Shown piece after piece: positions 1 through 7,167 of a stretch of DNA of 12,206 nt (position 1 is the stretch's first letter; each line of letters starts with the position of its first letter). Made by a program: the position numbers and the translations under genes. The stretch comes from a candidate division Zixibacteria bacterium RBG_16_53_22 (GTDB lineage: Bacteria > Zixibacteria > MSB-5A5 > UBA10806), in the NCBI GenBank assembly GCA_001775395.1, contig MEWP01000139.1:1-12206 (forward strand), in the 5' to 3' direction. The notes beneath the pieces were generated by a model. That model had not been told where the DNA came from. It saw nothing but the letters and a program-made list of their open reading frames with translations, and did no database searches.

Positions 1-277
1 AGAGGGTCCCGCTATCGCCATAAGTTCTTGTCCATAATTGATTGCCGTCATTATCCGTTTTCACCAGAAAGAGGTCGGCAGAACTATCGGGCCCGAATGG
101 CATGGTAGAACCGGTCAATATGAACCCATCGTTGCCTGTCTGAACAACGCAGGCGCCGTAATCCTCGCCCCATCCCCCGAATCTTTTGGTCCAGAGGGTA
201 TCCGGCGTTTGCGCAATCAGGGAGTCTATCGACAGCAAAACTCCAACACCGGAAATCAGCAACAGCCTGCCAAACAT
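1..277 (-). CDS. Secreted repeat protein, N-terminal 92 codons only; the gene continues past the window start. It carries a beta-propeller-like W-x-K-x-F-G-G / TDxxGNxLW repeat motif common in secreted and cell-surface proteins of FCB-group bacteria.
   Basis: The reverse complement of 1..277 starts at an ATG (277..275) preceded by AAGGA, 8 nt upstream. It is open to position 1 with no stop. Translation is MFGRLLLISGVGVLLSIDSLIAQTPDTLWTKRFGGWGEDYGACVVQTGNDGFILTGSTMPFGPDSSADLFLVKTDNDGNQLWTRTYGDSGTL, a signal-peptide-like N-terminus followed by one full repeat unit. The ORF track did not list it because it has no in-window stop. Confidence 0.55.
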   Translation of the reverse strand, partial: MFGRLLLISGVGVLLSIDSLIAQTPDTLWTKRFGGWGEDYGACVVQTGNDGFILTGSTMPFGPDSSADLFLVKTDNDGNQLWTRTYGDSGTL

Positions 278-616
278 AGCACCATCCTTAACTTAACCCC
301 GTTATCGCAAGTCACTACAGCCCATAAGAATCGCTTGTTGTCCGCAATGCCGATTTGAGTATCCCGAATGGCTCATTGGGAAAAAGTCGATTGAGTCGTC
401 AATGTGTTAATCCGGATATCATTCCAGGAGATCAACAAAAGAGCGCTGTGCCCACGTTCCACTATTTCATCTGGATCGGCTTAGTGTCATGCCAGAACCG
501 CCATCCCACCCTCGGCGGCTCGGAAAAGGGCCTAATCTCAAGTGAAACAAATGAATCCATTAGTCGTATTTTGATATAGAGCTGATAGACCGAAAGGGTA
601 ACGGGGAGGACGGCAA

Positions 617-2461
617 ATGCGCTTAAAGAAAATCGCAACAATCGGGGGGGTTAGCCTTATCGCATGGGCGGCCGCAGCTTATGCGGTAGAACCGATCGCC
701 AATCTGGATCGTATCCGCAGCGACCGGGTCATGGTAACCGGCATCGAGTTGAAAAAAGGAGGCGATTTCAGAATTAAAGGGGTCGGCATGATAAGCGGCA
801 ACAGCGATGATTTCGCCGCCTATGGCTGGCTTCTCGACTCGCAATCGCGCCAGCCGGTTTGGGTCATGGACCGCGATAACACCGAGCGCAAGGGCCGAGG
901 CGGCATCCGGCAAGCCGACGACAAAATCAATCTCAAACCCGGCAAATACGAATTATACTTTTACGCCGCCACGGGATGGCTGGGCGAATTTACGTTCAAA
1001 GGCGATAATGTTTTCGAATTTTTCGGCAAGATATTCGACGGCGATTTCAAGAACGATGTCGAAGATCATATCGACGAATATTATATAGCGCTCTATCCCT
1101 CAAGCGATAATTTCAAAGATTATTCCACATTCACCCCCGAGGGTGGTTTTTCCGATGAGTTGATTCAGTTTATCATGGTCGGCGATTCAAAGTACCTGCA
1201 ACAGGGTTTCAAACTCGACAGGCCGACGACGATTCGTATTTACGGGCTTACGGAATACCCCACCGGTTATAAGACTCCGGCCGATCTTGGCTGGATAATC
1301 AATGTCGATACACGCAATAAAGTCTGGGAGATGGATCGCTGGAATACCGACCCGGCCGGCGGCGGGCGCAAGAATCGCCTGGTCGATGAGGAAGTCGAGC
1401 TTCCCAAAGGCAGCTATGTCCTGCATTACGTTACCGACGATTCCCATTCTTTCGACAAGTTCAATGTCATGCCGCCATACGACCCGCTCAACTGGGGGAT
1501 AGCGTTGCTGGCAACCTCAAGGACGGACAGAAGCGCCTTTCATCTTTTCGAGGCGCCGGGCAGGGGCGAGGCGCTGGTCTCTCTAACTCGTATCGGAGAC
1601 GACGAATCGGTCTCGCAGGCTTTCAAATCAGACAAGGAAATGGAAATTCATATTCTGGCCCTGGGCGAGTGGTCGGGCGACTTCGCTGATTATGGTTGGA
1701 TTGAAAACGCCTCGCAAGGCAGAACCGTCTGGGAAATGACCTACCGCAACACCGAACATGCCGGAGGGGCGCAGAAAAACCGCGTTTTCGACGGCACTGT
1801 CACGTTGCCGAAAGGCTCCTACGTGGCACACTACATGACCGACGACTCACACTCATACCAGGACTGGAACGACTCCCCTCCCTATGAGGCCGATATGTGG
1901 GGACTCTCCATATTCCCGGGACGAGAATTCGACAAGACGAAATTCCATCTGCTTAACGAGGACCAACTCGAAAAGAGCGCCGATATCCTGGTCAAGCTGA
2001 CCAAGCTTGGAGATAATGTCCGCAAACGCGCCAAGTTCACGCTGGATAAGCAAACCAAGATCCGAGTATACGCGGTCGGCGAGGGCGACCAGGACGAGAT
2101 GTTCGACTATGGCTGGATAGTTAATGACAAAACCGGCAAGGTCGTGTGGGAGATGACCTGGCGCAATACGGAGCCCGCCGGTGGAGCCTCGAAAAACAGA
2201 CTCTACGACGACGCCCTGATTTTGGAACCAGGCATTTATGAGGTCAATTTCATTACCGACGGCTCACATTCGTTCAACGACTGGAATTCGGCCAAGCCCC
2301 GCGATCCGGCCAGCTGGGGCATAACCGTAAGTATCGATACGGGCCGGTCCAGCGCTTATCGGAGGGCGGCCGACAAATACTCCGACGCCGCTGACGACAG
2401 CAAGGCGGCCAAGAATTATGCGAGAGCTTTGAAGGATTATTATCGATTCAAGAAGAATTAA
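617..2461 (+). CDS. Secreted protein of unknown function, made of four diverged tandem copies of a roughly 130-aa module.
   Basis: ATG at 617 is preceded by GGGGAGGA (604..611). The N-terminus MRLKKIATIGGVSLIAWAAAAYA/VEP looks like a signal peptide with an AxA cleavage site. Four modules share the pattern [DY]YGW[IL]...VWEM..RNT.[HP]AGG..KNR......L.KG.Y...Y.TDDSHS...WN...P.DP..WG[IL]. The cores start near aa 60, 232, 368 and 494; the first copy lacks the DDSHS box. The C-terminal tail is lysine-rich. The DNA-level copies are strongly diverged, so the duplication is old. Confidence 0.8.
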   Translation: MRLKKIATIGGVSLIAWAAAAYAVEPIANLDRIRSDRVMVTGIELKKGGDFRIKGVGMISGNSDDFAAYGWLLDSQSRQPVWVMDRDNTERKGRGGIRQADDKINLKPGKYELYFYAATGWLGEFTFKGDNVFEFFGKIFDGDFKNDVEDHIDEYYIALYPSSDNFKDYSTFTPEGGFSDELIQFIMVGDSKYLQQGFKLDRPTTIRIYGLTEYPTGYKTPADLGWIINVDTRNKVWEMDRWNTDPAGGGRKNRLVDEEVELPKGSYVLHYVTDDSHSFDKFNVMPPYDPLNWGIALLATSRTDRSAFHLFEAPGRGEALVSLTRIGDDESVSQAFKSDKEMEIHILALGEWSGDFADYGWIENASQGRTVWEMTYRNTEHAGGAQKNRVFDGTVTLPKGSYVAHYMTDDSHSYQDWNDSPPYEADMWGLSIFPGREFDKTKFHLLNEDQLEKSADILVKLTKLGDNVRKRAKFTLDKQTKIRVYAVGEGDQDEMFDYGWIVNDKTGKVVWEMTWRNTEPAGGASKNRLYDDALILEPGIYEVNFITDGSHSFNDWNSAKPRDPASWGITVSIDTGRSSAYRRAADKYSDAADDSKAAKNYARALKDYYRFKKN

Positions 2462-2493
2462 GACGGTTTCCTCAACAGACCTGTCATTCATGA

Positions 2494-2533
2494 TTCGGGG
2501 TGCCCAAACGATTGGATACCCCGATTCAATTTT
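2494..2533 (+). terminator. Candidate rho-independent terminator for the 617..2461 gene.
   Basis: Stem TTCGGGGT (2494..2501) pairs with ACCCCGA (2518..2524) around a 16-nt loop and is followed by TTCAATTTT. It begins 33 nt after the stop codon. The long loop lowers confidence. Confidence 0.4.
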
Positions 2534-2790
2534 CGAGCCTCCCCGATAGTCATGAATTCCTAATTCCTCAGCCTCGGCTAACTTGGTATCGGCCACGGGC
2601 CGGCCGCCGCGCCTCGCTTGTGGCTTCGCGGCAGTGGACGCCAATGGCGCGGAGGGCGGCCAGGTATCGACAAGGCCGGCGCCGTATGCGGCAAAAAGCG
2701 TCGATCAGCGGCGCGGGGCATATGATGTCTGAGGCCGTGGCCGGCGGCCCGCAGGGCCGGCTGCATCGGCAACGGCAAGCCCTGGCGCGG

Positions 2791-3702
2791 TCAAGGAAGC
2801 GACTGGCTTTTGTAAGATTCGGCTTTGGTTAGAACCTCGAGCGATACTTCTTCGATCGCTCTGCGGGTAACATCGACTATCTGCCACCCCTGCTCATCGA
2901 AGAAACGACGGCAGAATGACAGTTCTTTTCTGATGACGCGGATATCATAATAATCCTGAATCCCCTCTTGAGCCTGAACCGCCCCGGCCAGATACAGCGA
3001 CCTCTCCTCTCTGATCTTGGCCAGGATATCAGCCTCCATGAGAAGTCCAATTATATTTTCCCGGGGAACATCGGCAAGACGGGTCAAAAGGTTATCCTTT
3101 ATCACCTCATCGGCGATAATCGGGATATTGGCGATCTTGACTCCGAAATTGCAGGCCAGGTACATGGCAATCGGGGTCTTACAGGTGCGCGAAAGCCCCA
3201 GAAGAACAATCTCGGCATCTTTCAGATGCGTGCCCCTGCCATCATCGTGCTCGACGGTATAGCCGATAGCATCAACTTTCTTATAGTAGCTGTCGTCGAT
3301 TGCCTGTAAAATGCCCGGCCTGAAATGGGGATGGACATGGAGGAATTTCGACATGACGCTGATCATCGGCTCGAGAACGTTGATATTGAGAATCCCCTTC
3401 TTGGAAAGACGCTTGTGGAAATACTTGCTTAACTCCTCCGAGATGATGGAAAATATCACCAGGTAGCTTTTGTCGATATGCTGGAGAATCCTGTCGAATG
3501 ATTTATGATCGCGGATCTCCTGGTAGGTATCGACCAGCGAATAGTCAACCTCGTTAGGCGAGTACTGCGCCAGAACAGCATCCAATAGCCGCTTGGCGGT
3601 CTTGCCGGTGCCATCGGAGATGATGACAATCTTCTTGGCCCGATGTTCCTCTCCGGCTGATCGCCTCCGCCGTTCGACTCGCCCTGTATTCCTCAAACGC
3701 AT
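2791..3702 (-). CDS. ppsR: PpsR/PDRP-family (DUF299) bifunctional kinase/pyrophosphorylase, the regulatory protein of PEP synthase or pyruvate phosphate dikinase; an orphan copy here.
   Basis: Family hallmarks are present: IISDGTG near the N-terminus, IGYTVEHDDG, the P-loop-like VLLGLSRTCKTPIAMYLA, and AKIREER. I prefer the ATG at 3702 (MRLRNTGRVERRRR...) because a GGAG lies 6 nt upstream. The longest ORF runs to 3768 and would add 22 poorly conserved residues. No ppsA or ppdK gene is in the window. Confidence 0.8.
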   Translation of the reverse strand: MRLRNTGRVERRRRSAGEEHRAKKIVIISDGTGKTAKRLLDAVLAQYSPNEVDYSLVDTYQEIRDHKSFDRILQHIDKSYLVIFSIISEELSKYFHKRLSKKGILNINVLEPMISVMSKFLHVHPHFRPGILQAIDDSYYKKVDAIGYTVEHDDGRGTHLKDAEIVLLGLSRTCKTPIAMYLACNFGVKIANIPIIADEVIKDNLLTRLADVPRENIIGLLMEADILAKIREERSLYLAGAVQAQEGIQDYYDIRVIRKELSFCRRFFDEQGWQIVDVTRRAIEEVSLEVLTKAESYKSQSLP

Positions 3703-3822
3703 ATTGACTCCTATACCCCCGCATTTATGAAAACCGTTGGCCCACGGAATAGCAAGGGGATTCATCAAGCGGCCACGGAGCCGCGCAATACCTAATTTCC
3801 TTAGATCAAGTCGGCATCTGTC

Positions 3823-5436
3823 CTAACGCCATTCCCACTGCTGGAAAGGATTCTTTATATCTGTCATGGCATTGACGATCAATTCGGCCAGGCCCCCGTA
3901 GAGGATATTGCATCTTTCGAAAACCCCATACGCCGAGAACAGGTCTCGTATCTGGCCTTTGCAATTGGAGCACGGCGCACACAAAAATTTCTTGTGTTCG
4001 GAGCTGATAATATCCTGGAAAACGTCCAGCACCTGACGCAACTTGGCCCGCCCCGCAACACTAATTCGCCAATCGGGGAAATTCAGGTTGGGCATGATGG
4101 CAAATCCACCTCCCCCGCCGCAGCAGAAGTTCTCGACCCCGTTGGGCATCATCTCCCTGAAATTGGGGCAGACTGCCTTTATGATTTCTCGCTGGGGTTT
4201 GACGATGCCCATCAATCTGACCATATTGCAGGGATCATGAAGAGTGACTTGCATATCGGCGTTGCGCAATGGATCAAGACGTAGCCGGCCGCTCTTCACT
4301 ATTTCATTGAGAAAGGTGAGCGAACTCTCGCGAGGGACATTGAGGTCTCCGGTCAGGATGCGGTCGGCGATAACTGTTAGGGACTTGTGAGAATGGCCGC
4401 ACTCGCCGATAACGATCTTCTTGACACCAAGCTTCTTGGCGATCCCGGCATGGCGCACGGCCACCCGGGCCAATTGCATGTCGTCGTACCAAACACCATA
4501 GTTGACACCATCGTAGCCGGAAAGCTCACTCGAGAGAGTATAGTTGATCCCGGCCGCCTCGAGTATGATGGCGAAAGCCTCGGGATTCTCCGGCCAGGCC
4601 AGATATTCACCGGCGTTGTGAACCAGGAGGATGTCGGCGCCGGCTTTATCGATCGGCCACTTGAAGTCAAGCCCGGTCTTCTCCCTTATCTCGTCCTCCA
4701 TGAATTCAATGTTATCAAGAAAGCCTGGGGGAGTCATGCCGGTGGATGACCCCTTGCGAAGGTGCTGGACCGTGCCGAGTTCGTGAAGCTGTTTCGGCGC
4801 TATTCCCAACTCCTGGCTGAATATTTTCCTGATTTCGCGGGTAACCAGGCCGTTATCTACGCCAATCGGGCAGGCCTGAGCGCAACGGCGGCAGATAGTG
4901 CATCGATATGACAGCTCAAGCAGGCGCGCCAGCAGGTTCCAGGTCAGGTCGATATCGTTGCCACTTAGCCTCGATAGAATTTTGCCGCCCGACTTGACAT
5001 ATTTCTTATACAGTCGTCTCAGGATCCCGGAACGATAGCCGGGACGGTAGATTTCAATCTCGCCGGACTCTTCGAATATCCGGCAGGCCCCCGAGCAGGT
5101 TTGGCATTGGGAGCAATATTCCATGGTCAGTAAAAGAGGCTGCAGGAATGTCCAATTGTCATGCCCATTGAAAAGCCTTTTTAAACCCGCCAGGAATTTC
5201 TCAAGCATGGCGCGCTTGTCATTTTCGCTTTCGGGTCTGGGAAGCATGACTGCCGAGACACCATCGAGCCCGCATTCAAATCTATCCATCTGTTCTCTTG
5301 TCAAACAACGTATTTTCGGCTCGAGCTCGAGCTTGTCATATGGAGAAGGCAACGGCCGGAATTGGGCCGGGTCCAACTCCACGAGCTGACCCCCCGGCCG
5401 GGAAATATCATCAGGCGTGATTCTCTTGGCAGCCAT
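3823..5436 (-). CDS. dsrK: DsrK/HdrD-like cytoplasmic iron-sulfur oxidoreductase subunit, with two ferredoxin-type [4Fe-4S] motifs and a CCG (cysteine-rich, HdrD-type) domain.
   Basis: 537 aa. CSQCQTCSGAC and CTICRRCAQACP are two C-x2-C-x2-C-x3-C(P) motifs. HDPC...NFCCGGGGGF...CAPCSNC matches the CCG-domain signature C-Xn-CCG-Xm-C-xx-C. Its start lies 3 nt from the stop of the upstream membrane-subunit gene, so the two are translationally coupled. The size fits DsrK (about 530-550 aa) better than HdrD, and the genes follow dsrC. Assignment is to the DsrK/HdrD/GlpC superfamily; the dsrK symbol rests on context. Confidence 0.75.
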   Translation of the reverse strand: MAAKRITPDDISRPGGQLVELDPAQFRPLPSPYDKLELEPKIRCLTREQMDRFECGLDGVSAVMLPRPESENDKRAMLEKFLAGLKRLFNGHDNWTFLQPLLLTMEYCSQCQTCSGACRIFEESGEIEIYRPGYRSGILRRLYKKYVKSGGKILSRLSGNDIDLTWNLLARLLELSYRCTICRRCAQACPIGVDNGLVTREIRKIFSQELGIAPKQLHELGTVQHLRKGSSTGMTPPGFLDNIEFMEDEIREKTGLDFKWPIDKAGADILLVHNAGEYLAWPENPEAFAIILEAAGINYTLSSELSGYDGVNYGVWYDDMQLARVAVRHAGIAKKLGVKKIVIGECGHSHKSLTVIADRILTGDLNVPRESSLTFLNEIVKSGRLRLDPLRNADMQVTLHDPCNMVRLMGIVKPQREIIKAVCPNFREMMPNGVENFCCGGGGGFAIMPNLNFPDWRISVAGRAKLRQVLDVFQDIISSEHKKFLCAPCSNCKGQIRDLFSAYGVFERCNILYGGLAELIVNAMTDIKNPFQQWEWR

Positions 5437-5438
5437 GG

Positions 5439-6368
5439 CTAATTACCCGGCTCTCCCCTATCGCCTGCGGCGCCTTCGCTCCAGGTCTTTCCGGTGGCAA
5501 TATGCGGCGCGGTCCAGCTCACCCGATTTCCAAGAGCCTCGACAACATCTCTTTCAAGCCTGCTCCCCGGCGCGTTGGGCGAATCATCCCATCTGACTCG
5601 GTGATACGTGAAAAATTTGGCCACGAAATGAGTCATGGTGGTGAACGGCAGGTAAGCCAAGAAGATCGCCGCCAGGGAAATCTCGATTCTGATAAGCATG
5701 GGCAAATCCCCGGTTGCGCTGAAAGATATCAGGTCATGCACAAAGGTCCTCAGGAAATCATATGACAGATCCGCCGAAAGCCAGGCCGATAAGCCAACCG
5801 CAAAAAGAGTTAGAAGCAATAAAAGGTCGAAGTAGTTGGAAACGGAGGAGAATTCGCGGTAATTCTTTCTCAAAGTACGCGTAAGAAGAAGCCCCGCGGA
5901 ACCTATCAGGCCCAGAGCCCATCCGAGCGCCCCGACCACAATCGTCGAAAATCGAATGAGCCTTATGTATAAGCTCGCGGAATCGGCTGAAAAATCCACA
6001 CCCCACATCATCAGCAATGCGCCGGTGGACAATAAAACAATCAATCCTATCAGCGCATACAGGCCAAGATGGAAAGGAAACGAGAAATACCACAGCCCTC
6101 TGTTGTATCGATGGAGGGTCTTCAATCCGAAAATTTCACGAGCAATCTCCTTGACCTCGCCTGCAATAGAGGACCGAACGGGCTTTGTCCACCAATCGGA
6201 GTCCTCATGGCGTGAGCCGCCGTAACGCTCCTTCCCTTTCTCATGCGGAATGGGGTAGAGGTCCCAACGCAGATGTATCGGCATGCGGGAGATTTTGATC
6301 GTTTTGACAACGATGCCAACGGCAAAAATCAGCAATGATGCATAAATCGATATTTGCAGGGCAGGCAT
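5439..6368 (-). CDS. dsrM: NarI-family (DsrM/HdrE-like) integral membrane subunit, putatively a heme-b quinol-interacting protein.
   Basis: 309 aa with five clear hydrophobic helices: ISIYASLLIFAVGIVV; GLWYFSFPFHLGLYALIGLIVLL; FSTIVVGALGWALGLIGSAGLLL; YFDLLLLLTLFAVGLSAWL; ISLAAIFLAYLPFTTMTHFVAKFF. Histidines sit inside or next to the helices, and the C-terminal tail is hydrophilic. An AAGGAA ribosome-binding site is 7 nt upstream. The gene lies between dsrC and the DsrK-like gene. Family placement comes from topology and context only, not from a recognised signature. Confidence 0.5.
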   Translation of the reverse strand: MPALQISIYASLLIFAVGIVVKTIKISRMPIHLRWDLYPIPHEKGKERYGGSRHEDSDWWTKPVRSSIAGEVKEIAREIFGLKTLHRYNRGLWYFSFPFHLGLYALIGLIVLLSTGALLMMWGVDFSADSASLYIRLIRFSTIVVGALGWALGLIGSAGLLLTRTLRKNYREFSSVSNYFDLLLLLTLFAVGLSAWLSADLSYDFLRTFVHDLISFSATGDLPMLIRIEISLAAIFLAYLPFTTMTHFVAKFFTYHRVRWDDSPNAPGSRLERDVVEALGNRVSWTAPHIATGKTWSEGAAGDRGEPGN

Positions 6369-6415
6369 TTGGAATTCCTTGTCAATTGCGGATTAGCGGC
6401 CTTGTTGGTCAGGAT

Positions 6416-6739
6416 CTAAACACATCCGGTCGGTTTCGCCAGACCTGCCACTTTACACGCCCCCTTGGCCGGTCCCGACGGGAACATGGTATATATCTCT
6501 TTTAAGGAAAATCCGGTCTCCTTGCAGAGCTTTCTAACCATCGGCGCAATACCGAATTTCAGATAATATTCCCTCAGGTAGTTGACGATTTTCCAATGAT
6601 TCTCTGTCATCTCGGCAACGCCCTCGGCGTTCGCCAGCGCCCCGGCAATCTCCTGATTCCAGGCGCCGGTGTCCTGCATGAATCCGTCCTCATCGACCTC
6701 GATGTTGAAAGAGCCGCAGTCAAAAAGGGGCATCTTCAC
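6416..6739 (-). CDS. dsrC: DsrC (DsrC/TusE family), with both conserved C-terminal cysteines.
   Basis: 107 aa. The C-terminus ...FPSGPAKGACKVAGLAKPTGCV ends in the DsrC-defining flexible arm, with Cys-B ten residues before the penultimate Cys-A in ...PTGCV. TusE-type proteins lack Cys-B. The rest (DEDGFMQD, HWKIVNYLREYY, VRKL) aligns with the DsrC fold. GGAGG is 8 nt upstream. Confidence 0.9.
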   Translation of the reverse strand: MKMPLFDCGSFNIEVDEDGFMQDTGAWNQEIAGALANAEGVAEMTENHWKIVNYLREYYLKFGIAPMVRKLCKETGFSLKEIYTMFPSGPAKGACKVAGLAKPTGCV

Positions 6740-7096
6740 GTCCTCCAGTCAAATTCCATATCAAAAATACAGTCCACATCCTATTGCATCTACATAATGG
6801 AGCCACTTTTCCTTATCGCTTTGCATTGCTACTCTAAGGGTGGCCCGTTTTACTATTCAATTCGACAAGCACATTGTCAAGTGTCTAATTTGGCCGCAAC
6901 AATGATGCGCTTCAGGCCATGCACAGCATAAATATCGGCGTGACCTTCATGAATATTCGGAAATTTCACGGGTATATGAATGTTGTGGATAAGAATATAT
7001 AACGTTATGGAATCGGAATATAGAATTTGTTAGAATGACGGGAAATTGGGCGTGTTCGAATTGGGCATATTCTTGTCGGCCGGAAAAAAGCGTCTA

Positions 7097-7126
7097 TTGA
7101 CGATAAATCGAAAGCCATAATATAAT
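7097..7126 (+). promoter_or_regulatory. Sigma-70-type promoter candidate for the flotillin-like gene.
   Basis: TTGACG (7097..7102), an 18-nt spacer, then TATAAT (7121..7126), about 40 nt upstream of the ATG at 7168. The surrounding intergenic region is AT-rich. Confidence 0.4.
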
Positions 7127-7167
7127 CATTGAGAACATGATATGGTTGCAGGAAAGAGAGGTATATC

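Noticed and set aside
38-579. Plus-strand ORFs 38..358 (106 aa) and 355..579 (74 aa).
   Set aside because: They have no ribosome-binding site and their translations are low-complexity. 38..277 overlaps the far more convincing minus-strand gene start (RBS, signal peptide, known repeat motif), and the rest falls in the divergent intergenic region.
2264-2887. Four overlapping ORFs in and around the GC-rich island (2264..2644 -, 2500..2832 +, 2578..2778 -, 2705..2887 -).
   Set aside because: Their translations are Arg/Ala/Gly/Pro-rich low complexity, typical of open frames in GC-rich DNA. They overlap each other and the ends of two real genes. None has a convincing start context.
3703-3768. The longest-ORF start for the PpsR-like gene at 3768 (MMNPLAIPWANGFHKCGGIGVN...).
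   Set aside because: These 22 residues have no counterpart in PpsR/PDRP proteins and lack a ribosome-binding site. The internal ATG at 3702 has a GGAG at the right spacing. The longer form is kept as a possibility in the finding.
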